A DNA stretch of 64,000 nt from Congregibacter sp. (GCF_045107095.1 NZ_JBGCFU010000008.1:967-64966); one strand, 5' to 3'; shown: positions 7,529-18,700, counted from the stretch's first letter. Notes: generated by a model not told the origin, from the sequence alone. Numbers and translations: made by a program.

Positions 7529-9925
7529 ATGTCCCTTATAAATACCCGCGATACCCGCGCACTGCGCCTTGTCCTCCGAACTCTCTTTGGAGCAACTTTC
7601 TTTGGAGCAACTTTAGTGGCCTGCACGAATGTTAATTCCTCTTCACCCTCACAAGCGTCACCCTCACAAGCGTCACCGACACAAACCTCGGGAAACCCGA
7701 TGCAATCGGGCCAGCTCTCTCTTGAAGCTATATTCGCCGAGGACGCCTACAAAGCGGAACAACCCGGCCGTATTCAGTGGTTAAGCGACAACAGCGGGTA
7801 CACCATGCTGGAAACACCAGCGGATTACGATAGCAGTGAAGTAACGGGTGAAACAGCTAATGACAAAAGCCCAGCCCCCAAGGAAATCGTGTTTTACGAC
7901 CCTGCCAGCAGCGAGCGACGGATACTCGTGGGCGTTGATGCGCTAACGCCAAGGGGGGCTGAAGCGCCCCTGACCATCGACGACTACGACTGGTCGGATG
8001 ACCACAGCAAACTACTTATTTATACCAACAGCAAAAAAGTTTGGCGCGTCAAAAGTCGTGGCGACTATTGGGTTCTGGACTTAAAAACACAAGAACTCAT
8101 GCAATTAGGTGGTGACGCTGTTCCATCCACGCTGCAGTTCGCAAAGTTTTCTCCGGATGGGCAGCGTGTCGCCTATGTAAAGGAGGCCAATGTTTATGTG
8201 GAGGATCTTGGCACTGAGGAGATCACACAGCTGACGGAACGCTCTGGCGATCACATCATTAACGGGATCATGAGCTGGGCTTACGAAGAGGAGTTTTCGA
8301 TTCGCGACGGATTCCGATGGAGTCCCGACGGTACAAGCATCGCTTATTGGCAATTCGACACGTCCGGCGTCCGTAACTTTTCGCTGATTAACAATACGGA
8401 CGACCTCTATCCAAAAGTCACCGAAGTTCCCTATCCTAAAGTTGGCGAAACCATATCGGCGGCCAAGGTGGGTGCGGTTTCCGTATCGGGCGGAAAAACC
8501 GTTTGGGCTAATTTGCCGGGCGACCCTCGTCAGATGTATGTTCCGCGCATGGACTGGGCACCAGAATCAGACAAGCTCATTGTTCAGCATGTAAACCGAC
8601 GCCAGGATCAAAATACCGTCTACTACGCAGACGCGAGTACCGGAGACGTCTCTGCTCTGTTTCTGGAGCAAGCGCCCCACTATCTATTTGACGTAGATGA
8701 CGTGCACTGGCTAAAAGAAAGCGGTGATTTCCTTTGGCTTAGTGAACGCGATGGCTGGTGGCACGTCTACAAAGTCAGCAGCGATGGTCAGCAGATTGTC
8801 GATCTAACGCCTGGCGACTTTGACATCACAGACGTCGCGCACGTGGATGAAGCCTCCGGCTGGATCTATTTCTTAGCATCTCCGAAGGCGATGGAAGCTC
8901 GTTACCTGTTTCGCTCCCGTATGGACGGTAGCGGCGACATGCAGCAAGTCACGCCTACTGAATATGCAGGCACAAACAGCTACGACATTTCCAAGGACGG
9001 CCGCTTTGCCGTGCACACACACCAAAGCTTCATGCAGCCACCGCAATATCGCTTGATCTCTCTGGGCGATCACCGCGAAATCTCAATGCTTGAAGACAAC
9101 GCCGAGCTGACTGCAAAGATTGCCGAGTTGGATCTGGGGGGACACGAGTTTTTCCGAGTGAACGCGCAGGATGGCTTGCCCTTGGACGGCTACCTGATTC
9201 GCCCGCCGAACTTTGATGGCGGTAAGCAATACCCGATTGTCTTTTATGTATACAGCGAGGTTGCCGGACAAACTGTTCGCGATGCCTGGGGCGGTAAACG
9301 CCATCTGTGGCATCTGTATATGGCGCAGCAGGGTTATCTTGTAGCATCAGTAGATAGCCGTGGAGCTAGAGCTCCCCGGGGCCGAGACTGGCGACAGTCG
9401 GTCTATGGCGGCATTGGCATCCTGGCGTCCCGCGATCAATCAGACGCGCTGAAGGCGATGACCGAACGCTGGGCCTACATCGATGAGGATCGCGTGGGCA
9501 TCTGGGGGCATTCTGGGGGTGGCTCCATGACGCTCAACATGTTGTTTCGCTATCCCGACCAGTACAAAGCAGGCGTTTCTCAGGCGCCGGTCACAGATCA
9601 ACGCCTTTACGACGCTATTTATCAGGAGCGCTATTCTGGACTACTGGATGAGTATGCCGACGAATACCTGGAGGCATCGCCCATTACTCACGCGAAGAAT
9701 CTAGAAGGTGAGTTATTGTTGGTGCACGGCACAGGTGATGACAACGTGCATTATCAAAGCAGCGAGCGTCTGATCAACGAACTTGTGCGACTCAACAAGC
9801 CCTTTCGTTTTATGGCCTACCCGAATCGGACTCATGCTGTTGTAGATAGTGAAGGCGAAGGTACAGAGTTGCATCTCAATACAATGCGAGCTCGCTTCTT
9901 TGACGAGCACCTGATGACGGAGTAA
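7529..9925 (+). CDS. S9B dipeptidyl-peptidase IV family lipoprotein
   Basis: DPP-IV propeller (YEEEF, YPK.G), nucleophile GIWGHSGGG, GTGDDNVH (Asp), YPNRTH (His); lipobox LVAC. Likely ATG 7529; the track starts at 7487. Confidence 0.92.
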   Translation: MSLINTRDTRALRLVLRTLFGATFFGATLVACTNVNSSSPSQASPSQASPTQTSGNPMQSGQLSLEAIFAEDAYKAEQPGRIQWLSDNSGYTMLETPADYDSSEVTGETANDKSPAPKEIVFYDPASSERRILVGVDALTPRGAEAPLTIDDYDWSDDHSKLLIYTNSKKVWRVKSRGDYWVLDLKTQELMQLGGDAVPSTLQFAKFSPDGQRVAYVKEANVYVEDLGTEEITQLTERSGDHIINGIMSWAYEEEFSIRDGFRWSPDGTSIAYWQFDTSGVRNFSLINNTDDLYPKVTEVPYPKVGETISAAKVGAVSVSGGKTVWANLPGDPRQMYVPRMDWAPESDKLIVQHVNRRQDQNTVYYADASTGDVSALFLEQAPHYLFDVDDVHWLKESGDFLWLSERDGWWHVYKVSSDGQQIVDLTPGDFDITDVAHVDEASGWIYFLASPKAMEARYLFRSRMDGSGDMQQVTPTEYAGTNSYDISKDGRFAVHTHQSFMQPPQYRLISLGDHREISMLEDNAELTAKIAELDLGGHEFFRVNAQDGLPLDGYLIRPPNFDGGKQYPIVFYVYSEVAGQTVRDAWGGKRHLWHLYMAQQGYLVASVDSRGARAPRGRDWRQSVYGGIGILASRDQSDALKAMTERWAYIDEDRVGIWGHSGGGSMTLNMLFRYPDQYKAGVSQAPVTDQRLYDAIYQERYSGLLDEYADEYLEASPITHAKNLEGELLLVHGTGDDNVHYQSSERLINELVRLNKPFRFMAYPNRTHAVVDSEGEGTELHLNTMRARFFDEHLMTE
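7585..7614 (+). repeat. Perfect 2x15-bp tandem duplication in the signal peptide
   Basis: CTTTGGAGCAACTTT x2, in frame (FGATF FGATL). Confidence 0.9.
7643..7687 (+). repeat. 3x15-bp tandem repeat in the lipoprotein tether
   Basis: TCACCCTCACAAGCG x2 plus degenerate TCACCGACACAAACC (SPSQA SPSQA SPTQT). Confidence 0.9.
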
Positions 9926-9927
9926 CC

Positions 9928-10401
9928 ATGAACTTCCTTAAGGCGCTTAGCCTAACAGGCTTTTGGGCGCTGTCTTTTGACACTTGGAGCGACACTTTGA
10001 TGAAACAAGAGGAAGACATTGCTAAATTTGCTGCCGCGTACACAGCGGCGTGGAACAGTGATAAGCCAGAGGAAGTCGCGGCTTTCTACGCTAGCGACGG
10101 GGCTCTTACTATTAATGGTGGTGAACCGGCGGCAGGACGCGCTGCGGTCGAGCAAGTCGTGGCAGACTTTATGACTGCGTTTCCCGACCTTGTTTTAAGT
10201 AATGATAACAATGCCATCGTTGATGGGCGTGTGAATTACCATTGGACTTTTGTGGGCACAAACACGGGGCCCGAAGGCACCGGCAACGCCGTCAATTTCA
10301 GCGGGTTTGAATCTTGGATTTTTAACGCCGAAGGCTTGATCCAGGATTCTATCGGTAGCTTCGATGCCGAAGACTACGAGCGACAGCTTGCCGAAGAGTA
10401 G
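9928..10401 (+). CDS. SnoaL-like / NTF2-fold ester cyclase family protein, probably secreted
   Basis: Y..AWN......VA.FYA.DG, GR.A......F..AFPDL, W...GT.TGP.GTG..V..SG; starts 2 nt after the S9 stop. Confidence 0.8.
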   Translation: MNFLKALSLTGFWALSFDTWSDTLMKQEEDIAKFAAAYTAAWNSDKPEEVAAFYASDGALTINGGEPAAGRAAVEQVVADFMTAFPDLVLSNDNNAIVDGRVNYHWTFVGTNTGPEGTGNAVNFSGFESWIFNAEGLIQDSIGSFDAEDYERQLAEE

Positions 10402-10413
10402 CCACCTCTGCCC

Positions 10414-12141
10414 CTAGGGTCGCGCGTAAACCTCACGCCCTGCAAAGTAGGTGTGATCCACAACCAGAGACTTAAAGCTCTGGTTCATGGGCTCGGGTAC
10501 GGTGCCACTGAAAACAACAAAATCTGCCCACTTACCAACGGTGATTGAGCCAATCTCATCTTTCCACGGCGTAATATCAGCGCCCGCCTGGGTATAGGCA
10601 TACAGCGCATCATCAAACATTACGGACTCTTCGGGATGCCAGGACTTACCATCGTTGAAGCCAAAAGGGCTCTCCCGGAAGACCGCATCGCTGATCTGCG
10701 TTAGCGGACTTAAAGGTGATGTTGGATAGTCCGCTCCGAAAACCAAGTGCGCGCCGCCATCGAGCATCGACTGCCAGACATAGGCCCGATTCTCCCGGGC
10801 CTCACCCACACGAGTGGGAACATATCCGATTGCATTGGTGCAGTGGTTCGGCTGCATTGACGCAACAACTCCTAGCTCCTTAAACCTAGGCACATCATCC
10901 GGATGTAAGATTTCAATGTGCTCAATACGATTGGGTACCGGCACGGCGTTATCCTTCGATGCCTCGATAGCATCCAGCGCGGCGCTAACAGCCGCATCGC
11001 CAATAGAATGAATCGCTACGGGCATACCCTTTTCTGTTGTACGCCGAACCAGCTCCGCCAAGTCCTCTGGCTTTGTGATGTACTCTCCGCGCCAATTTGG
11101 ACGATCGTGATAATCCTCCATCAAGACGGCAGTGTGTGCAGAAAGCACTCCGTCGTTAATCAGTTTTACAAATCCTGCCTGCAACAATGGTCCGGTATCG
11201 CTCTCCTTATTACTGCTCTTCACACGACGGTTGGTGTCACCGGTTATCTCTAGCACCGAATCCAGAGTTTGGTCCCAGGTATCAGGATTCATGCTCAGAC
11301 CAAAATGGCCGTACCAAACCCGGATGGTGGGATCGCCGTTTTCCACAATGTGGAGATAGTCATCAAGCCCCCTCATTTGATGGAGCCCGGTAATACCAAA
11401 ACTGTTGGCGTACTGCTGCATCTGTGCGAGCCCCTCCCGGCGCTTCGCGTCACTGCGGGCAGGAATGTGGTCGCGCACCACGCGCATAGCCCCTTCCAAA
11501 AGTATTCCTGTAGGTTCGCCCGACTCTGGGTCCAGAAGAATTTCACCACCGGCTGGCACGGGTGTGTCGGCGGTTACTCCGTTCATCTCTAGCGCTTTTG
11601 AATTTACCCAGCCGTAATGACCATCAATATGCGACAAAAATATGGGTCGATCAGGAACCACTGAATCCAGCATTTGGCGCGTGGGATATTCGCCGTCAGA
11701 AAGAGTGTGATCCCAGTAGCCTCCCGTGAGCCACTCCCCTTCCTCGAGGCGTTCATCCGCCTCTTTGATAAGCCTCAGCCACTCCTCCTTGTCCACCACG
11801 TAGGCCAAGTCCACGCCCGCGACTACGGGAGCGTTGCCATCTACGTGGGAATGGCTGTCGATCAACCCGGGAGTCACTGTTCTGCCAACGGCATCGATAA
11901 TTCGAGTGTCGTCGTCCGCAAGGGCGCGTATATCTTCGTTGCTGCCAACGGCGGTAAAGCGTTTGTTTTCGATAGCAAAAGCTTCGACTCGCGGTGCGTC
12001 TGGGTCCACGGTGCGCACGTCGCCGTTCACCACAATAATGTCAGCCGCTGCGAGAGACACCGACACATTAGCGACGCCCATGTAAGCCGCTACGGACGAC
12101 AGAACGGCGATCCGTGCTGCCACTATGATTCGTGTATTCAC
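10414..12141 (-). CDS. Amidohydrolase 3 family (YtcJ-like) metallohydrolase with signal peptide
   Basis: PGLIDSHSH, HSIGD, RIEHIE, FGADYP metal-ligand motifs. Confidence 0.9.
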   Translation of the reverse strand: MNTRIIVAARIAVLSSVAAYMGVANVSVSLAAADIIVVNGDVRTVDPDAPRVEAFAIENKRFTAVGSNEDIRALADDDTRIIDAVGRTVTPGLIDSHSHVDGNAPVVAGVDLAYVVDKEEWLRLIKEADERLEEGEWLTGGYWDHTLSDGEYPTRQMLDSVVPDRPIFLSHIDGHYGWVNSKALEMNGVTADTPVPAGGEILLDPESGEPTGILLEGAMRVVRDHIPARSDAKRREGLAQMQQYANSFGITGLHQMRGLDDYLHIVENGDPTIRVWYGHFGLSMNPDTWDQTLDSVLEITGDTNRRVKSSNKESDTGPLLQAGFVKLINDGVLSAHTAVLMEDYHDRPNWRGEYITKPEDLAELVRRTTEKGMPVAIHSIGDAAVSAALDAIEASKDNAVPVPNRIEHIEILHPDDVPRFKELGVVASMQPNHCTNAIGYVPTRVGEARENRAYVWQSMLDGGAHLVFGADYPTSPLSPLTQISDAVFRESPFGFNDGKSWHPEESVMFDDALYAYTQAGADITPWKDEIGSITVGKWADFVVFSGTVPEPMNQSFKSLVVDHTYFAGREVYARP

Positions 12142-12271
12142 AAGCCCTTCCCTCTCGCCTTAGCTGAAGCAGCGATAATGCCACATCGTCAGACTGAGAA
12201 AACATCGTGAGCACGGCCAACAAATTGTGTAACCTCGACCAACCTTTTAATAAAGCCAACAAGGTACTTTC

Positions 12272-13588
12272 GTGAACGACGCTGAAACAACACCGAGCGC
12301 GACGCAAGATCATCCGGATAATCCTTACCGCTCTAAAAGCGCCAGCTGGTATGCCCTGTGCCTGCTGACCATTGTTTACAGCTTCAACTTTATCGACCGC
12401 CAGCTCCTGGCTATTCTCCAGGAATCCATCAAGGCTGATCTGAGTCTCTCGGATAGTCAGCTGGGGCTGCTTACCGGATTTGCTTTCGCGATTTTTTATG
12501 TCACCGCGGGCATACCGATTGCGCGCTGGGCCGACCGGGGCAATCGCCGTAATATCGTATCGCTGTCGCTGTTTATCTGGAGCTTCATGACCGCTCTCAG
12601 CGGTTTCGTCCAGAACTACACGCATCTGCTTCTGGCACGTATCGGTGTGGGCGTCGGCGAAGCCGGCGGCAGTCCCCCATCGCATTCGATCATTTCAGAC
12701 ATTTTCCCCGCGGACCGTCGTGCCACAGCGATTGGCTTTTACTCCATGGGCGTGAGTATCGGCATCCTGTTCGGATTTTTGGCCGGCGGCTGGCTCAATG
12801 AGTTCTTTGGATGGCGCACCGCTTTTATGGTTGTGGGCATTCCCGGCGTCATCCTGGCTATCGTTCTACGCTTTACCCTCAGGGAGCCCATCCGCGGCCT
12901 CCACGATGGCGCACCGAGTTCCAGCGGCGCCGTTCCTTTTGGTGAGGTGCTAAGGGTCCTCTGGAGTCGTCCTACATTTCGCCATATCGCTCTCGGCGCG
13001 GGTCTCAATGCTTTCTGCGGCTATGCGACGGCTAACTGGACTGCGTCTTTCATGATCCGTACTCACGGCATGTCAACCGGAGAGTTGGGAACGTGGCTAT
13101 CCATGATCATCGGTGTCGGCGGTGCAATAGGCGTGTTTTTTGGGGGATACCTGGCGGATCGCATGGCAAAAACCGACAAGCGCTGGTACGCGTGGTTACC
13201 AAGCATATGTGGATTCGCCATTGTGCCGTTTATGGTCAGTGTTTACCTGGTCGATAACCCTTATGTGGCCCTGAGCTTGTCGATCATTCCAGGCCTGCTT
13301 TTTCAGGTGTACCTGGGTAACACCATTGCAACGACCCATGCAATTGTCGGCCCTCGAATGCGCGCAACAGCTTCTGCCGTACTGTTCTTGATTCTTAACA
13401 TTATAGGATTGGGCGCGGGGCCCTGGGTCGTTGGCGTGCTGAGTGACATGCTCGCACCGAGCCTCGGTACCGAGTCCCTGCGCTATGCCATGTTGTATGC
13501 CCTTCCACCGGTGATGACATGGTCGGCCATCCACTACTGGCTCGCGGCGAAGAGTATCCGCGCGGACATTGAGAATGCGCCCAGCTGA
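12272..13588 (+). CDS. MFS transporter, spinster-like
   Basis: NFIDRQ, LSDSQLGLL, A-motif IARWADRGNRR, GVGEAG.SP.SHSII.D.FP...R..A. Confidence 0.9.
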   Translation: MNDAETTPSATQDHPDNPYRSKSASWYALCLLTIVYSFNFIDRQLLAILQESIKADLSLSDSQLGLLTGFAFAIFYVTAGIPIARWADRGNRRNIVSLSLFIWSFMTALSGFVQNYTHLLLARIGVGVGEAGGSPPSHSIISDIFPADRRATAIGFYSMGVSIGILFGFLAGGWLNEFFGWRTAFMVVGIPGVILAIVLRFTLREPIRGLHDGAPSSSGAVPFGEVLRVLWSRPTFRHIALGAGLNAFCGYATANWTASFMIRTHGMSTGELGTWLSMIIGVGGAIGVFFGGYLADRMAKTDKRWYAWLPSICGFAIVPFMVSVYLVDNPYVALSLSIIPGLLFQVYLGNTIATTHAIVGPRMRATASAVLFLILNIIGLGAGPWVVGVLSDMLAPSLGTESLRYAMLYALPPVMTWSAIHYWLAAKSIRADIENAPS

Positions 13589-13620
13589 GTCCGACTCAAG
13601 AAAAGTAGGCGGCGAACAGT

Positions 13621-14334
13621 ATGCAAAGTGATCCTTCTCAGCGAATACGCACCGCCCGCATCGTAGGCTGGTCGCAGTTGGCACTCGTTGCTTTGGGTAT
13701 CCTCACATCCGTAATGGTTGCTAAAGGAATCGACATCAACCTATCGGCTGATGTTGAGTCCACGGCTCGTAACATGCTCGAAGCGGAGACTCGGCTTCGG
13801 GCCAAGGCGTATCTGGCGTGCCTTGGCTTCGCGTTATCAACCCTCGTAAGTTTCGGCTTACAGATACTGTTAAAACCCTACGGACAGCTTCTTGCCTCTT
13901 CATGCCTTGTCGTGAGTATTACTGGCGCATTCCTTTCTCTTTTGGGAGCTGTGTTTGCCATGAACGCAGCAGAGATTGCCAGTGCCGCCGGCTATCAAGT
14001 CATCACGGATGACGGACAAAGACTGATGCTCGCAGGCCTGCAAGCCACCTCTGATTACACGGCTTTTCACCTAGGTTTGGTGATTTCCTGCGCGGCCCAG
14101 GCTGGATTCTTTTATCTATTTTTACGCTCGGGTCTTATACCCAAGCTGATTGCAAGCTGGGGGACATTCGCATCTCTATTGGTTTCGACAGTCATTGTGG
14201 CGAGGGACTTTATACCCGCGCTGGGACACAGCGGCATCACACTCAGCTTTATGCTCGGCAATCTCGTAGCTCTTCTGTCTTTGAGCCTCTATCTGGTTAT
14301 TAAAGGTGTGCGAGTAGCTCCGGCCCCTCTATAA
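13621..14334 (+). CDS. DUF4386-like integral membrane protein
   Basis: RTARI.G, LLKPY..LLA, G.FF.YLF.RSGLIP..I..WG; multiple TM helices. Confidence 0.7.
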   Translation: MQSDPSQRIRTARIVGWSQLALVALGILTSVMVAKGIDINLSADVESTARNMLEAETRLRAKAYLACLGFALSTLVSFGLQILLKPYGQLLASSCLVVSITGAFLSLLGAVFAMNAAEIASAAGYQVITDDGQRLMLAGLQATSDYTAFHLGLVISCAAQAGFFYLFLRSGLIPKLIASWGTFASLLVSTVIVARDFIPALGHSGITLSFMLGNLVALLSLSLYLVIKGVRVAPAPL

Positions 14335-14361
14335 TCTGCCGGCTTTGCGAGAGCCTCAGTC

Positions 14362-15654
14362 TTGATTCCTGTTAACTGGCCTTTTGACCCGCGGCGCTCG
14401 CCGATCTTCTACGGATGGGTGGTTTGGTTTTTTTCTACCGCCGGCTTCCTGTTCAGTATTCCCGGCCAGACCATGGGTATGGCGGTATTTACTGACACCT
14501 TTATTGAGGTGTTAGACCTGACCCGAACTCAGGTGTCCATGGCCTATCTCATAGGCACGGTCGCATCCTCATTGTTCCTCACCCGCGCTGGTCATTGGTA
14601 TGACCTTTATGGCGGCCGCATTATGATCGCGGGTTCCGCTGCGGCCTTGGGCGCCATGGTACTGGTGATCAGCGGCGTCGACCTATTGAGCCAATTAATG
14701 GGGGGCTCCACGGCCGTAACCTTTGCCCTGCTGCTGCTTGCTTTTTTTGGTGTGCGATTTTTTGGCCAGGGAGTATTAACCAGCTGCTCGCGAAACGTAT
14801 TGCTTCTGTGGTTCGTTAAACGGAGAGGCCTCGTCAGTGGTATCCGTAGCGTCTTCGTGTCCTTTGGTTTTGCCATCGCTCCTTTGGTGATCGCCTTTCT
14901 TATCACGACCTTTGGATGGCGTGGCGCCCTGTGGTTTATGGGACTTACTGTGGGTTTGGGCTTTGCACTCATGGCACTCGTCTTTATACGTGACAACCCT
15001 GCGTCCTGTGGCCTTCAAGCTGATGGCGACGCCCCCTCCGATCAGGAAAGCGTGCCCGCGGAAGCACCTTCAAAGACCCTCGATCAAGCGAGGCGAAGTC
15101 CCATTTTCTGGATCTACTCTCTCAGTCTTGGCATGCACGCGCTTTTTGGGACAGCGCTGGTGTTTCACGTGGTCGCGGTGTTCGGCGAAAGCGGCCTATC
15201 TGCCGATGTCGCCTTTGGCTATTTTCTGCCTGCCGCTGTCTTCTCGACCGCAAGCAACCTCATCGCCAGCAGCTTTGTCGATCGGCAGAAGCTGAAGCCA
15301 TTTCTTGTGTTCATGCTGGCGGTACTGAGCTGCGGGGCCGTCGGACTGATCAACCTGGATCAAGCGTGGGGCTATTGGCTACTCGCGGCAGGTTTCGGTA
15401 TCGGCGGTGGCCTATGGGGCGTTGTATCGAATCTCGCCTTCATCCGCTTCTTTGGGCCTTTACACCTGGGCGCAGTAAGCGGATTCAACGCGTCTATCTC
15501 GGTTTTTGCCAGTGCCATAGGGCCCGCCGCATTCAGCATGGCCGTGGATTACCTTGGCAGCTACAACGCCGCAGCCAAGATTTGTCTGATTATGTTATTG
15601 GCGCTGCTCGTGGCCGCGCTGCTTATCAGGCAGCGCGAAGTCATTCGTCCATGA
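14362..15654 (+). CDS. MFS transporter
   Basis: FYGWVV, PGQT.G..VF, G.W.D.YG.R, WF.KRRG; 12 TM segments. Confidence 0.88.
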   Translation: MIPVNWPFDPRRSPIFYGWVVWFFSTAGFLFSIPGQTMGMAVFTDTFIEVLDLTRTQVSMAYLIGTVASSLFLTRAGHWYDLYGGRIMIAGSAAALGAMVLVISGVDLLSQLMGGSTAVTFALLLLAFFGVRFFGQGVLTSCSRNVLLLWFVKRRGLVSGIRSVFVSFGFAIAPLVIAFLITTFGWRGALWFMGLTVGLGFALMALVFIRDNPASCGLQADGDAPSDQESVPAEAPSKTLDQARRSPIFWIYSLSLGMHALFGTALVFHVVAVFGESGLSADVAFGYFLPAAVFSTASNLIASSFVDRQKLKPFLVFMLAVLSCGAVGLINLDQAWGYWLLAAGFGIGGGLWGVVSNLAFIRFFGPLHLGAVSGFNASISVFASAIGPAAFSMAVDYLGSYNAAAKICLIMLLALLVAALLIRQREVIRP

Positions 15655-15796
15655 GCAACTAAAGCTAGGCCGCGATGACTCTCAGCTTATTCTCGGGCTC
15701 TTCCCAGGGCAGGTAATGATCTTCGAGAATAACGAGGTTTTTGCGATTAACCAGCGCTGCCGGTAACGCTTGATTCCAAGAATTAAGGAACCCAGA

Positions 15797-18700
15797 ATGA
15801 ATCACGTTTTTACGCCAACGAGCCCATCAATGGCAGACCGTTATGAACAAGACCTCGATGCTATACGAGCACTGCACGTTGCCGACGAAGGAGAAGTCCT
15901 CGCAGCCCTAGTCGGCGGGGCTGGTATAGATCTCGACCTCCGCCAGCGGGCGCAGGCTCGCGCCGTAGAACTCATTGAACGGATTAGAAGTGCGGGCCAG
16001 CCCGGACTCATGGAACTTTTCCTCGCGGAATACGGGCTCTCTACGAATGAGGGCATTGCCCTGATGTGCCTGGCTGAGGCGCTGCTGCGAGTGCCTGACC
16101 CGGGCACCATTGACTCACTGATCGAAGACAAGATCACGCCCTACAATTGGAGTGAGCACAGCGGCAAATCGGGTTCATCAGTAGTCAACGCGTCCACCAT
16201 TGCTCTGATGATGACCGGCCGGGTACTGGACGATGACAATTCGGCCAGCGTTTCCGGCTTGTTAAACCGCACTGTCAAACGACTGGGCGAGCCCGTCGTT
16301 CGTCTCGCGGTAAAACGCGCCATGCGCGAAATGGGCAACCAGTTTGTTTTAGGGCAAACCATCCAAGAAGCATTAAAGCGAGCGGAAACAGAAACACGAC
16401 GAGGCTTTCGCTATTCCTTCGATATGCTAGGCGAGGCGGCGCTTACCCAGGCAGACGCCGACGCCTACTTTGAAGCCTACGCGGACGCGATACGCGCTAT
16501 TGGAAAGTCTGCCAACGGCGATGCAATGCACGAGAGGCCGGGAATTTCGGTAAAACTATCTGCCTTGCACCCGCGATTTGAGTATTCAAAAAGCGCTCGC
16601 TTGCACAAGGAGTTGGCGCCAAGGCTCAATGCGCTTGCACGTCTGGCGAAGGAAGCAAACCTGGGTCTCAATGTAGATGCAGAGGAGTCTCAGCGGCTCG
16701 AACCTTTTCTCCACATCATTCAGGCCGCCTTATCCGACTCCCAGCTTGAGGGCTGGGATGGTTTTGGCGTAGTCGTACAGGCGTATCAAAAGCGTGCGGG
16801 GGCCGTCATCGATTGGTTACATCAGCTCGCCACATCGCTGGACAGAAAAATTATGGTGCGACTGGTGAAAGGCGCCTATTGGGATTCGGAAATCAAGCAG
16901 GCACAGGTTGAAGGCGTGATCGATTATCCCGTCTTTACCCGACGCAGTGCCACCGATGTCTCGTACATCTGCTGTGCGTCAAAGCTGCTCGGTATGACCG
17001 ACAGAATCTATCCACAGTTCGCGACACACAACGCACAAACCGCCGCAACAATCGTAGAACTCGCAAATGGCCGGGATGATTATGAATTCCAGCGTCTCCA
17101 TGGCATGGGAGAAACGCTGTTCAACCAGCTCATTGCCGATGGCGCAAACTGCCGTATCTATGCGCCCGTGGGCCCACACAAAGACCTTCTGGCCTACCTT
17201 GTACGCCGCTTGCTCGAAAACGGAGCAAACTCTTCCTTCGTACACAAGGTGGTAGACCCTGCCTACACCCCGATATCGCTGGCGACAGATCCTTTTGTCA
17301 ACCTTGAAAAACTACAGGCACCGCGGCCTGCTGCACTTTGCGACCCTGCTGACATCTACGCCCCGGGGCGCAAAGCCGCTCAGGGATGGGACCTGAATAA
17401 TCACATCGTAGTCCGGGAATTGGAGCTTGCTAGAGAGCGCTTTCTCGTACACCAATGGCAGGCTCTGCCGATTTTGGCGCGAGAAGTCGAAGCCAGTGAA
17501 CCTTTTGCTCGCCGGGAGATCACTAATCCCAGCAGGCCGGAAGACGTAGTAGGCGTGTGCTTTGATGCCTCGCTGACTGACTGCGAAAGCGCCATTTCAT
17601 ATGCTCAGGACTGGCAGGATGCAGGAGCGCAACAGCGAGCGTTCGTATTACGGCGCGCAGCTGATCTTTTTGAGTCAAACTCCGGCGAGCTTTTCGCGCT
17701 GCTCGCTAGAGAGGCTGGCAAGTGTGCAGCTGATGCAGTTGCGGAACTGCGCGAGGCCGTAGACTTTCTGCGCTACTACGCCAACCGCGGCGAAGACTTG
17801 TCGCAGCAGCCCGCGCGGGGAATCATCACCTGCATCTCACCGTGGAACTTTCCTCTGGCAATTTTCACCGGACAAATCGCCGCTGCGCTAGCCGCGGGCA
17901 ATGCTGTACTGGCAAAACCCGCGGAGTCCACACCCCTTGTCGCGGCGGTGGCCGTGCGGCTGATTCACGCAGCCGGTGTACCTCGCGAAGTTTTACAGTT
18001 TCTACCTGGCGATGGTTTGGTAGCGGGACAGGCGCTCACGTCATCACCAGACGTCGGGGGTGTTTGCTTTACCGGCTCAACCGCCACGGCAAAGCTAATC
18101 AATCGAACCATGGCAGAAAAGCTCTCCCCTTCCGCCCCGCTCATCGCGGAAACGGGAGGCATTAATGCGGGAATTGTGGATTCCACAGCACTGCCCGAGC
18201 AGGCAATCCGCGATGCCCTCGCCTCTGCGTTTCAATCAGCGGGACAGCGCTGCTCAGCCCTGCGCATTCTCTATGTTCAGGAAGATGTCGCTGACGTCCT
18301 TCTGGACATGCTCCACGGCGCAATGGATGAGTTGGATATCGGTAATCCCTGGTCCCTTGCTACGGACATAGGCCCGGTTATCAATCCTCAGGCCCAAGCG
18401 TCAATTCAGACTTATATAGAGTCCGCAAAGCAGGAAGGCCGTTTGTTAAAGCAGCTAGCGGTGCCCAGCAGTGGACACTTTGTGGGTCCCACGGTGATAG
18501 AGGTTACTGGCATAAAGGATCTGACGGCAGAAATCTTTGGACCCGTGCTACACATAGCTCGTTTTGCCGCTGAAGATTTTGAAAAGGTGATTGACGATAT
18601 CAATGAGAGTGGCTACGGCTTGACCTTCGGTCTGCACACCCGCATCGATGAGCGTGTAAAAGAGGCCTCCGCCGCGGTGCATGCAGGAAACCTCTACGTC

